Of a stretch of DNA of 64,000 bases, positions 52,901 to 64,000 are shown piece by piece (positions within the stretch are counted from its first letter, which is position 1; the number at the start of each line of letters is the position of its first letter). The position numbers and the translations under genes were made by a program. Below the pieces are notes generated by a model. It was given only the letters and a program-made list of their open reading frames with translations, ran no database searches and was not told where the DNA came from. The stretch lies in contig JAQFVV010000005.1 in NCBI GenBank assembly GCA_028023455.1, positions 13,020,001 to 13,084,000 on the forward strand. The letters are read 5' to 3'. This stretch comes from Epiperipatus broadwayi (Eukaryota; Animalia; Onychophora).

Positions 52901-53480
52901 TCTATTCCTAAAATGTAGCCATACTACATGCTTAGAGAGTTGGGGATAAAATATTTATAAATAGTTTTTCAACTACTACTTTGTATGGCAATTTGTCTGG
53001 TTCTTTGTGATCACATAGCTGATTTGTGATTTCTATCACTTGTTGCCTGGCATAATGTAACAATGTGACAACTTTAATGGGATCACAGTCTCACTAATAA
53101 AAAAAAAAATTTCAATCCTCTTGAGATAAATTGGCCAATCAATAGGATTATTAACATTAAACTCATTTATTGTCACTTGTGACACAGCCATTACTTTAAT
53201 ACTTAATCCAAATTAAATTAATAAGTAAAAATAATTTTCTTTTCTTTTCTTACACAATTACATGACTTACTCCCCAATCTTTCCTTATTATGCCTACAAA
53301 ATTCTACTAAGATGCAAAGTTACAAGTTGAATTCAATTCTGTTGATAACTGTGCCAATTTTATTATATACAGCCACCATGAATGCTACAGTTATGGTTTA
53401 GGAGGTCAGACAAGCAAAACAAAATTAATTTAAAATTTGATTTTATTGCCACAAGTTAATAATAGTAATAATTGAACCAA
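49996..53480 (-). mobile_element. Decayed Gypsy (Mag/K02A2.6-like) LTR retrotransposon
   Basis: The minus strand shows, in order: zinc knuckle CYCCERKGHMAHKC (~52570); protease-like IDRGLDVSV; RT (WITPIVV..ICGDY, LPYRITMAPNIFQ, YFND); RNase H (AVIFAMKKFYQYLYG..IFTNHKPL); and integrase core (WNHIHID..VIDLYSKW). LTR-like direct repeats lie at ~50013-50140 and ~53366-53470. Confidence 0.88.
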
Positions 53481-53663
53481 CAATGCTTAATATACATTAC
53501 AATTTATATCATTACATTTCAATCTTAAAATTACTACTTATGAATTCACAACCATAAACATGTAAATTAAAACATAATAAAGCCGATGTGGCCTGTATAG
53601 TCCCTAGGTTCATTTTGCACCATCAGTGGTGAAGATCACTGGGATTCCTGCAGTCCTTCTTAC

Positions 53664-54001
53664 ACTTGATCATTTGGTAACTTACTGTTAACATGACCAG
53701 CTCCAATGATACAAGTGTATACATTAATAGACTCCAATTCTCCTTGTCTGTGAGCTTTTTTATCTTTCCTGGTGATAGTGAAATGTTCTAGAACATAATT
53801 AATTATTATTATTCCTTACCTTTTTAACTAATACTTGATTATTTGGTAACTTACTGTTAACATGACCAGCTCCAATGATACAAGTGTATATATTAATAGA
53901 CTCCAATTCTCCTTGTCTGTGAGCTTTTATATCTTTCCTGGTGATAGTGAAATGTTCTAGAACATAATTAATTATTATTATTCCTTATCTTTTTAACTAA
54001 T
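53664..54001. repeat. 169-bp perfect-like tandem duplication
   Basis: Units start at 53664 and 53833. The minus strand weakly resembles a PLE GIY-YIG C-terminus (VLEH...GELESINIY). Confidence 0.85.
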
Positions 54002-54149
54002 CATTTTCTAATCCAGAATTGCTTATCAACATTTTAATCTTTAACGGTCTTAACTTCATAATACTTTATTTCTTTTAACTTCAGCACACATTTTATTTCT
54101 AATTACATTATCTCTTTACATTCTAAATATATATGTAGCACTAAATATT

Positions 54150-55010
54150 TATATATAGCAACATGTGATACATTGATGATGTCCTTATTTGAGCCTCAGA
54201 GATGCAAATTAAGGAAATACAGCATGATGTTATACATAAGCCTTCATTGAAATGGACTATAAAAAACGAAGATAATCTCAAAAGCATAAAGTTTTTAGAC
54301 TTATATATTCAGCATGATATTAGTTGAACCCATTCAAGTGTAAAGCATTATATGCAAAATCATTAGCACCTAATGCTTATGAGTTTGCAGGCCTCAAAGC
54401 ATTTTTACATAGAAATAATAATCTTTGTAAATTTGAATCCAATTGAAAAAGTAATATTGAAACATACATGAATGATTTATGTAGCATCAGACATAAAGAT
54501 TTAGCTCTTATTCATATTGTCAAAACATTTTATGCTAAAATTAAAAAGACTTACTCAATCTGATGAAAAACTCTAGATATTACTTCCATACATACCTGGT
54601 GCTACTCACAGTATAAACAAAATCTGCATTAAAACATACCATTAGTCCTACCCTGAACACCTATTTAACAATACAAAAGATAAGCTGCACCCAAAACAGG
54701 TTTCCCACTATAAAATTATACACAACAACACAAACTGCAACACAATTTATTTTGGAGAATTTCTTGCTAAGCTCTCTACAAGAATCATGTAGCACAAATA
54801 TCAATATAATCAAGCTATGACTAATACAGATATTAAATCTATTTTTCTTGAAGAAGAATCTAAACATGGTCACAGCTTTGAACCCACAACTACCACTATT
54901 GTCTTCTCTGAAAGAAATGATACTAAATGCAAGGTTAAAGAGGCCTAATCTATTGCTAACAATATATATGCAATCAAAAAAAAGGAATCTTGTATCCTCC
55001 TATCAAAAAA
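54150..55010 (+). mobile_element. Decayed Penelope-like element, 3' part (RT catalytic end, thumb, GIY-YIG endonuclease)
   Basis: *YIDDVLI, LKWTIKNE..IKFLDLYI, LLPYIPG, TKDK..HYKI..NCNTIYFGE..LSTR..H, KHGHSFE..TIVFSE..KVKEA. Several stops. Confidence 0.85.
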
Positions 55011-55925
55011 GGAACTCATTTGAATAAATTCATTTACATCTTATAATCAATTTTTATGTAAATCACCACTTTTGTGATTCTTCTATGAATCTTGGAATCC
55101 TCTTGGATAACTATAGATATTAGTATGTCTGCCAGTTAGTTGAAAGTATGCTCTGCATAGTATGTTGATTTAACATTATTATTTTAAAATATTAAACAAG
55201 CTTTTCTTAGTATACATGTTGTATATACTTATTTTTGAATTATGAATAAACAATTAAAATTTTCTCTAGCTGCCATATCCAATAATTCTTGATAGTAAGA
55301 AAGTACCATTTCTTACCAAACTCCAAAATGTTACTGATGTGTAAAACCATCTTAAATTTCAACAGCCAAAAGAGCAAACATTAAAACCAGCCAATACATA
55401 TAAATACAAATTGATCTGAGATAATGATGTCTAAATTTACAAAGCAAAACAATTTCTACTCATTTTAAACTTGTAAATAAATGATAAATATCAAAATATG
55501 GCTCGGGAATTCGTAAGAAGTTCAAAAACCGGATTCGCTATCAACTATGCCAAATCATGCAGGATAAAATGTAAATGACAAATAATTACAGTATGAAATA
55601 TATGTAAGAGTCATGTGATATTTCCAAATGCTGTTAATCAATAATTGAAACTGTAAAAGCCATCTTCACAACTTTTTACTGTAAGAAAGAAGCCATTTTT
55701 AACTGTATTCCATGATTTTTATGTGTATAAAATCATATTTGAAGTGCAGATATTTCAAATTGGCACTTTTAAATAACATGGATTTCTCTCTGCAGTTCAT
55801 ATGACAATTGGACAATACTACTGCAGGATTTTTATATTATCTAGATATTGTGATTTGAAATACTTTCAGTCTAAATATGTTTACATAATATTTCATACTG
55901 CATGCATTAAATGGATTATGTCCTG

Positions 55926-56345
55926 TACATGAGGGGTCAGATTGACTTAAGGTCAACATGAGTGTGACAAGAATCTCAGCCTCAGGATGGCCTTTGAGCG
56001 TTCCATCATCAGATTTTTAATTGGATGGACAATTGAAGAGTTGGAGTGGAGTGAAGCCTGTCCATTAAAGTATGAAAATTGGCTATCTTAATGTATATAT
56101 ATCTGAGCACTTATTGCATTTATATGTAGAGATGATAATCTGAACCAACTGATGATTGCTGGTTTAGCATGAAATACATATATTGGTGATTATTTATCTT
56201 TTTGATATATATGTGTCCAAGTGTATCAGTGTTATGAGATAGAGTGGAGAGTGGTGGGTCATGTGAAAGTCTGTGTTCATATACCCTATATATTAATACA
56301 GGTATATAATAAGCCTGTATTTCAGTTATTACAAAAGTTTCTGAC
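55926..56345 (+). mobile_element. Family-E hammerhead element (~420 bp)
   Basis: Homologous to 62868-63350 and, inverted, to ~62670-62845. Confidence 0.8.
56144..56187 (+). ncRNA. Type I hammerhead ribozyme (family E)
   Basis: accaa CTGATGA T TGCTGG t TTAGCA T GAAA TACATA TA ttggt. Confidence 0.7.
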
Positions 56346-56999
56346 ATTTTGTATATATATATTTCTGAAAAATGGAAACTTATTTCATATTCTATACAGC
56401 TTTAAAAAAAAGATAAACTTAAAACAATTTTTGAGTTACTTTTTTACAATCCTTAATTATTTTTATAACTACCAATAGAGTTTGAATTTATTGATAATCT
56501 ATGTTTGAAAATAATACAGAGTTAAAATAATTATAGTTATTAATCTTATTAACAAACTGCAGCATTAAAATACTAAAGAAAATGTGTGTTATGATACATA
56601 TTTATTTGGAAACAGAGGTTGAAATATAGCTCAGTTTTAATTTTAACAATGATTTTAGTTGAAGGTATAACTAAGTTTGGCTGATGATTGGTTACCATTT
56701 TGTAATTCATTAATTATGATGTTTATACTAAGTTATCTGCAATACAAATTACTGTGTAGCAATAGAATTGAAAGAACTTGTATTATGTTTACTAAATAAA
56801 ATAACATATATAGATTACATAAACACTTTTCAATGCAATTTTATATAATGAAATTTTATTCCTCCTTGCTTACAGTTTCAACTGTCCAGCATGTCATCAT
56901 CAGAGCTAGAATATTCAAATTTATATAAGCATACAATTAATAATTTATATATGCATACATACATATAAACAATATCCTATGTTATGAACTTTAAAATAA

Positions 57000-57520
57000 T
57001 ATCATTTTTCAATGATCCCTATATCATTTTTAATTAATATTACTTTTTAACCTATTTTTAATCTTAATTAATTTCCTTTTTTCATAATTTGTTCTAATTT
57101 TAATACATACTATTCTACATTTGAATTACTTCTGAATAAATTATTTCTATCATTTTAATAATAATAATTACACAATATTTTTTTTATATAATTCTATTTT
57201 TTCAATTTATAATTTTTCTTAAATAACTTGACCTCTTTTAAATTCTTATCAATTTCTAAACAAATTTTAACTGAAACAATTTTAAATTTTCTTCCATTAT
57301 TATCCTACCTCTCTCTATAAGCATTTTTTTAAAACTACATCTATTTTTTTTACTAACCTATACATTCTTATTTATTTAATTAATAAAGAGTATTTTTATA
57401 AAATTAATGTCTTTAAACCCATATCGTTATTTACAGATGACCTAATATTTTTAATTAATATAGTTTCTTTTATTTCTCTATCTCTTTTTTTTTTGTTAAT
57501 ATAATTAATCATCTTTATAT
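57000..57520 (-). mobile_element. Possible PLE remnant (GIY-YIG C-terminal motif)
   Basis: Minus-strand REIKETILIKNIRSSVNNDMG in a strand-biased segment. Highly decayed. Confidence 0.35.
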
Positions 57521-58730
57521 TATTTTTTCAAATTTGTGTTCTGTCTCCAATGAATGTAAATAAATAGATGATCTTTTATCATATTTGTGTCAGCTTAATC
57601 TTGTATAAATTGAATTCTTTGTTTTACCTATATAATTATATATATTTGAATATTGTAATGCTGATTCTGACCGAGGAGAAATAAATTCTATTATATAAAA
57701 TTGCATTGAAAAGAATTTATGCAAGGTGTAATTGGTATTTCATTTATATATATAAATCAATGCGATATAGGATAACAAGTGAAAATAAATTACTATACTT
57801 CCAGAAGAAATTACATTTACTATAAGTAGCTTAATTTAAAACTTGGTAGGGATGGTTATTCTGAAAGGAATCAAGTTTAGGTTGCATGATAGTTAATATG
57901 CAAAACAACTATAGCAGCTTTGATTATCATAATATAATTTCATAAGCAATTTTCTTTGAAGATGATTACCCATCTTGAAAAAATTACGTATAAAAGCAGG
58001 TGTTATCCACATAGGTATTTATTATTTTGAGTGAGCTTATTGTTCTCCTTGAAATATAGAGAAAAATCAACAGCAACAATATTCTACTATGATTGATTGA
58101 TTACTGCTTTTGCTGAGACTTCTAGCTTATCATGTGATTAATTAAAAGAATGATTAGTAATACTATCAGTTTTTTAATTCAAGTTCTACATTCACTTTAA
58201 AATATTTTATTTAATGCTAGATTGGTTTTTTCTCTGTCAAAGAAAAAAATTCAAATGTGATTTAATTTTCAACAAAATATTGCCTAGGTTTGACTTGGAG
58301 CATTTTTGTCATGTTATTTTTTACTGTTGATAACTTGACTGGGTTTTTTATCTAGTGATAATTGGAGAGTTATATTTGTGATAATTTGCAAGTGATCATG
58401 TAAAAGTCTTACAATTTATTATCAATATATACATACATTATATGGATTGAGATTCTACTCTAAAAGTTAAGTCATTTTGTTCATGTTTATATTTTCTTTC
58501 TAAAGTAGAAAGAGAGATAACAACCCTGTCCAATTAAATATAAGTGTAGAGATTACCCAATGTGTAATGTTTATTAATATTTTGTGATTAAATTAAATAG
58601 TATTATCAGTAATGAATATATCTTGTATGATTATCATAACAAACTCCATATATAAAAGTATCTGCATTTTCAATAAATACCAAAGATAAACATTTAATAA
58701 AAATAATATGATAACTTATAATGTACTAAC

Positions 58731-58859
58731 GACATTTTGTATTTGGAGGTTCTCCAGCCATTCCAGGTGGACACTTGCAAACAGCTTCATGGCAATGAAT
58801 TTCACAAATGGCATTTTTATCTCCACAATCAAACTCTGGTTCACAGATAATATTTATAC
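58731..58859 (-). CDS. EGF-like exon (x)INIICEPEFDCGDKNAICEIHCHEAVCKCPPGMAGEPPNTKC
   Basis: 129 nt; attgtttttag|...TGTC|gttagt; phase 1/1; 7 Cys. Confidence 0.9.
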
Positions 58860-61800
58860 CTAAAAACAATCATGTACTAAATTAAATATCGATTTTATAA
58901 ATAAAACATATTTGAAATGACAAGAGGAAAAAGAAAAACAGAAAGAAATCAATATAAATAGTTATTAACTATTATAAAAACAATATAAATAATGAAAACA
59001 AAAGCAGCAATAGAAACATTATGAAAAATATCAAAAATAACTATACAACTAATAACAGTAATGATAATTGTGGAAATAATAATAAAAGCAGATACAACAT
59101 TAACAAATAGTACAAAAAACTGAATGAATAAAAGATATTGAAAAAGAATTAATAAAAATAATATTCAACTCAATAACTTCCCAAGAATTTACTATAAAGG
59201 CTTTATATGAATGAAAATATTGTCTAATAGCAATAGAAAATAATAAAGCATATACTGAAGTTAAATGAAATTGACAATGAATTATTGCAAAGATTAAAAA
59301 TAGAAATGGCAAAAATCTAAATTTTAATTTCTTTTGTCATGTAATATAAACAGTGTACTAATTCGTGTATTAATAGAAATGTTTTGATGTGAAATAAAAA
59401 TTTCAAAATATTTATTAATAAAATCTGTGTTTTCGATCTTAAAAGAACATGTAATCATGTTTTTGACTTCAAGAATGTAATAATAGCTTGCAGTGAACAA
59501 AATGATAGAAAACAAAAGATAAGAAAGGCCAGGTTTATTAGCAGCACAGACTTAGTGATAAACTGAATAGGGTATAATTAAGTGCAGTTTGAAGCACGTA
59601 CAAGTAAATTTAAATATTTTCCTGCAATACATTTAACAATATAATATTATAATATTTTGTTTTTTGTAAAGATGAACTACACTGAAAATAGATTCAAGGA
59701 TTTAATTAATAAGTATTTTGAAATCTTTGCTCCAAGCAAGAAGCAATTTATTAATGTCCAATGTTTTAATTTTATTATTCAAAGTTTGTGTTTGAATGAA
59801 AAGAAAAAAGGATATAAAAAAAGAAATCATGATAAATGAAAATAAATTATACAAATACTAAAATTTGAAAGGAAAATATTTAAAAGGTTAGCTATTATGA
59901 ATAAAACAGTCTTTGGCTTAACAAGCCAGTTTATAAAAAGATAATAATTTTAAAATTTTGGACAACCAACAGATGATTTTATACAACCTATAATTATCTC
60001 TATTCTTTTAGAGCTATACTTTATTTTATTTACTTTACTCTAAAGCCATCTTGATAAGTTTGAGTAATCAGAACTCATTTCATGATAGCATTATATTTAT
60101 ATCCCAGGTAAATTTTTAGTTTTTATCTTAGTCATGAGAAAATGTGGAGTTACACATGGCATACAGCAAACACTTTTTAACTTTTTTATTTATCAAGATC
60201 ATAAATAGCTTTAGGATTTTTTTGAATCTAAGATTATTAACTTGTATAAAATAAAAGATTATAAATGGTGGGTGCAAATCCTGCTTCTCATTCAAGGAGG
60301 CCAATAGTCAGAAACTAATCTGGGGATGATGGTATAGTATTGCAATCTTGAGTCCCTGATTACTCAAACCTATAATATATACTTCTGGAAGTGAATAAAT
60401 GGAGTAAGTACTATTCCTAAAAGCAAAAAACATAATTCTAACAGTAACAAAAATGATAACAACAAAAGAAATAAAATACAATGAAAATGACAATTGATGG
60501 TTGATAGTTGAGATTGAAGAAAATTTCCAATGAAGTAACAAAAATTAGCAAAAAGTAGTAAACAAAAATAATGTTTTTGTGATTGTATTAACTATAATGG
60601 TTTGAAAAGAATAAGTTAAAATATTTCAAATATCTGACAAAATCTGCTAATCAATTGAAATTGTCATATATAAAATAAAATATTATAACAAGTGCATTAT
60701 AAAACAAGAAGGATTTTTTATAAACTTTATTTACAGTTACATTTAACAGGTTTTAAAAAAGGGAATTAATTTTTGTATTTTCAAGCACTTTTTGTATGGT
60801 CATGAAAATGTTCTAAAATTGATTTCACACAAAGCTTTGCAAAATTTTCATAGTTTATTCTTAACATATGCTTACAATATGTTATCAATTATCCCAACCC
60901 AGTTTCTGAATTTTGACTTCATCACTAAGGATTTAGGACTCAAGATTTAGGACTCAAATCTGGAACTAATGTCACTTAAAGATATCTAGCAACCAACTTG
61001 GACTATATATGCATTTGTGGTATATATGTAAATGTAAATAAAGTTTATTATTTAATCATGTAAATATATGAAGACAGTAAATGAATATTTTCTTATTATT
61101 ATGCTACTCTATAAAATCTACATATGCAGATCATACATTTAACAATCAGTATGCTAATTAAAAATTAAATATGCAAAAATAGATTATTATAGAAAAAAGC
61201 TGTTAAGACCTATTTGTCTGTGCATGTAATGAAGTATAGTAATTGTGAGTATGATTCACATATTACATTATCAATGGATTGTGTGCATACTGTTAATCGT
61301 AATTGCTGAAGTTTAGGTTTATAACTCATATATATATAATATTGATTTTTCTTTTCATTTGTATTTGTAATTCAAATTTGTAAATGTTTATTTGTTTGTG
61401 AAACAAAATGGTTCCTTTAATAAAACCTGATCCTAATTGCACTTTCACCACAACCAGCACAGTTATGCCAGAATTAGTGTGTGAAAAATATTGTTCATTT
61501 AAAATGTAAGGCTAATGAATGATATTTATTTACTGTGCATGTATACAAATTAACACACACATGCAGAAGTTTATTTATACTCTTTATTCTTTTTCTATTT
61601 GTTATTGGCATTTAATATAACTATTTTGTTACCTCAAATTTGTACTTAAATTATTTGAGGTTACCTCTGCTCTCCCATATAGTATTGAAATAATAATACT
61701 CTTGGGACATAGCACAACTTTGTCTTCTTTATTCTTTCAAGTGTCTTAGTTTCAGATTTGAATACTAAATTTTTAATGAAGAAAGCAAAATCCAGAATCA

Positions 61801-62296
61801 ATTTGAAGGTATAGATATAATAACACTGTCATATAATAGTGAAAATAATATCATTTGATTAAATGATTTTTAGTATTATAAAAAATAATTTCAGTAATTA
61901 TTAAGCTAGAATATTATATGATTTTTATATAAAATTAAAAATAAGCATTTATAAATAAGCCCACATGTGTAAATAATCTTATGTCAAAAAAAGAATTTGA
62001 AAAGTCATTGGAAATAGCATTAATATTATATAGAGAGTAGTAATAGAAACAAAATGATCAAAAATATAGAAGATGTTATAAAAGATATAATAAAAAAAGC
62101 TTATGAAAAAAAAGAAAGTGTTTGATTATTTTTTGAATGAAGGAAGGTGGGGGGGACATACAATGACATGAAATGGATAACAAATTATTTAAAAAAATAG
62201 ATGAAGCAATAATACAAAACAATCAGTAAATAACAATAATAAATTAACAAAGCATACTATTTAATAACAAAAGAATTATTTATAAATTGTATTTAC

Positions 62297-62428
62297 AACA
62301 TTGTTCTTCTGGTTTGATTTCCTTGTTATCTGAACATATACATCCAATTGTTCCATTTAGGTGTTGAACACATCTAGTAAATGGAGGACAGGGATTTCTG
62401 ATTGAAGAACATGAATCCACTTCTTCAT
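62297..62428 (-). CDS. EGF-like exon (x)EEVDSCSSIRNPCPPFTRCVQHLNGTIGCICSDNKEIKPEEQC
   Basis: 132 nt; cttatggcttag|...TGTT|gtaaat; phase 1/1; 6 Cys. This is the most 5' exon seen. Confidence 0.88.
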
Positions 62429-62669
62429 CTAAGCCATAAGATAGATAGAACATTAAAATAATTCACCCAAATTTATTATCAAATATTTATCATTACAAAC
62501 TAATATATATGGTACAAAATTGCCCTGTATGGTTTAATGTAGTGCAAGAATAGATGAATCTGGAGCTTAAAGTTTGTGGATCAACCCAGACTTCTAACTA
62601 TGAATGCTATACCTTATTCAATTAATAAGAAAAATACAAATATGAAATCATAATATTTGAAATGCAGGC

Positions 62670-63350
62670 ATTCTTCATATACCTGGAACGTAATTGTAAA
62701 TGTAGGGAATTTGAACACCGACTTTCAATCACCCTTCATCTATCCACACTATCTCACACCACTGATACACATGACCACATACATGTAGAAAAGATAAATA
62801 ATCACCAATTCACATATTTCGTGCTGAATCAGCACTCTTCTATGTATTTAAATGGATAAGGACTTATACATGAGGGGTCAGAGTGACTTGAGGTCAACAT
62901 GGGCATAACAATAATATTGACATCAGCATGGGATTGGGGCTTTCCATCATTGGATTTTCAATGGTATGGATGGCTGAAGAATTGGAGGTTGGAGTAGATT
63001 GAAGCCTGTCCATTAATTAAAGTATGAAGATTTGCTATCTTAATATAAATGGAGCACTGATTATATATATGGGTGGCAGATCATAATTTGGACCAACTAA
63101 TGAGTGCTGATTCAGCATAAACAATGTATATTGGTAATTATTTATCTTTTCTACATGTGTGTGGTCATATATATATTGCTTATAACACTTCTTTCATATA
63201 CACTTGAATGCAACAAATTTTCTTAAAAACTTATTTATTTTCCTTACAGTTTCAACTGTCCAGCAGTGGTCATGTGTATCAGTGGTATGAACTAGTGTGG
63301 ATAGATGAAAGGTGTTTAAAAGTCTGTGTTCAAGTCCCCTATATTTACAA
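62670..63350. mobile_element. Family-E element as a head-to-head inverted pair
   Basis: Minus arm ~62670-62845 has a hammerhead remnant at 62804-62842 (GA GTGCTGA T TCAGCAC GAAA). Plus arm 62868-63350 has a decayed hammerhead at 63092-63135. Confidence 0.78.
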
Positions 63351-63594
63351 ACATAAAATCAAAAAGATTTTAGATATAACAACATTTACGATAGAATTAA
63401 AATATGGTTGTGAAGATGGATATAAGGTCATGCACATATTTTATGAACACTCATATACATATAATTCTCATAATACTAGTGCTTTGTTTATCATCAAATT
63501 CAAGTTTTTATTAAAATTTATTATAAATATCTCAATACTTTTGAATTTTATCATATTAGAAATATTTTGGCAGTGTTATTATCATCTCCATACT

Positions 63595-63902
63595 TTGTTT
63601 GGTAGTAGTTTTGAGACCGTACTGCCGCCGGTAGAGGGCACAGTCACAACCGGCCTGAAAATGGCAAGTTTGTTTGTAGTTTTGAGACCGTACTGCTGCC
63701 GGTAGAGGGCGCAGTCACACCATCAACAACCGGCCTGAAAATGGCAAGTTTGTTTGTAGTTTTGAGACCGTACTGCCGCCGGTAGAGGGCACGGTCACCC
63801 ATCAACAACCGGCCTGAAAATGGCAAGTTTGTTTGTAGTTTTGAGACCGTACTGCCACCGGTAGAGGGCGCGGTCACACCATCAACAATGGCCTGAAAAT
63901 GG
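63595..63902. repeat. GC/CpG-rich minisatellite, 4 units of 71-80 bp
   Basis: GTAGTTTTGAGACC starts at 63605, 63676, 63756 and 63835. Confidence 0.95.
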
Positions 63903-64000
63903 TACTCTTTGTTTTCCATAAAATTTTCAAATAGAATAATTTAAAGATAATTATTAAACAAATCAGAAAAGTTTCAGTAAAAAGCTTATATTTTGATAAA

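Noticed and set aside
58900-59320. Hydrophobic minus-strand ORFs suggesting a membrane protein or NUMT
   Set aside because: Decayed AAT/AAC triplet-rich sequence with no mitochondrial gene motifs.

Overview
This is a very AT-rich eukaryotic (invertebrate-like, probably arthropod) window with no prokaryotic features. A single multi-exon gene runs on the minus strand across almost the whole window, with its start and end not seen. I read 13 in-frame phase-1/phase-1 GT-AG exons, nine encoding EGF-like modules (including three alternating type-B/type-A pairs) and four encoding short Ser/Thr-rich mucin-like spacers. A possible transmembrane exon follows. The introns hold mobile DNA: a non-autonomous LTR retroelement with tRNA-Ser PBS, PPT and TSD; two further LTR relics; a nearly full-length RTEX-like LINE (PHD+esterase ORF1; APE-RT-CCHC ORF2) with a tandem second 3' end; a decayed Mag-type Gypsy; Penelope-like (PLE) fragments; an RTE endonuclease fragment; and a hAT MITE. 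The most striking signal is three families of small non-coding repeats, each carrying a minimal type I hammerhead ribozyme (retrozyme/PLE-type). Each family occurs once as a head-to-head inverted insertion, and all share a 13-nt motif 150-200 nt upstream of the ribozyme. The youngest is a 2.6-kb palindrome of about 405-bp, near-identical units with six hammerheads. All calls were made by eye, with no database searches or folding programs.
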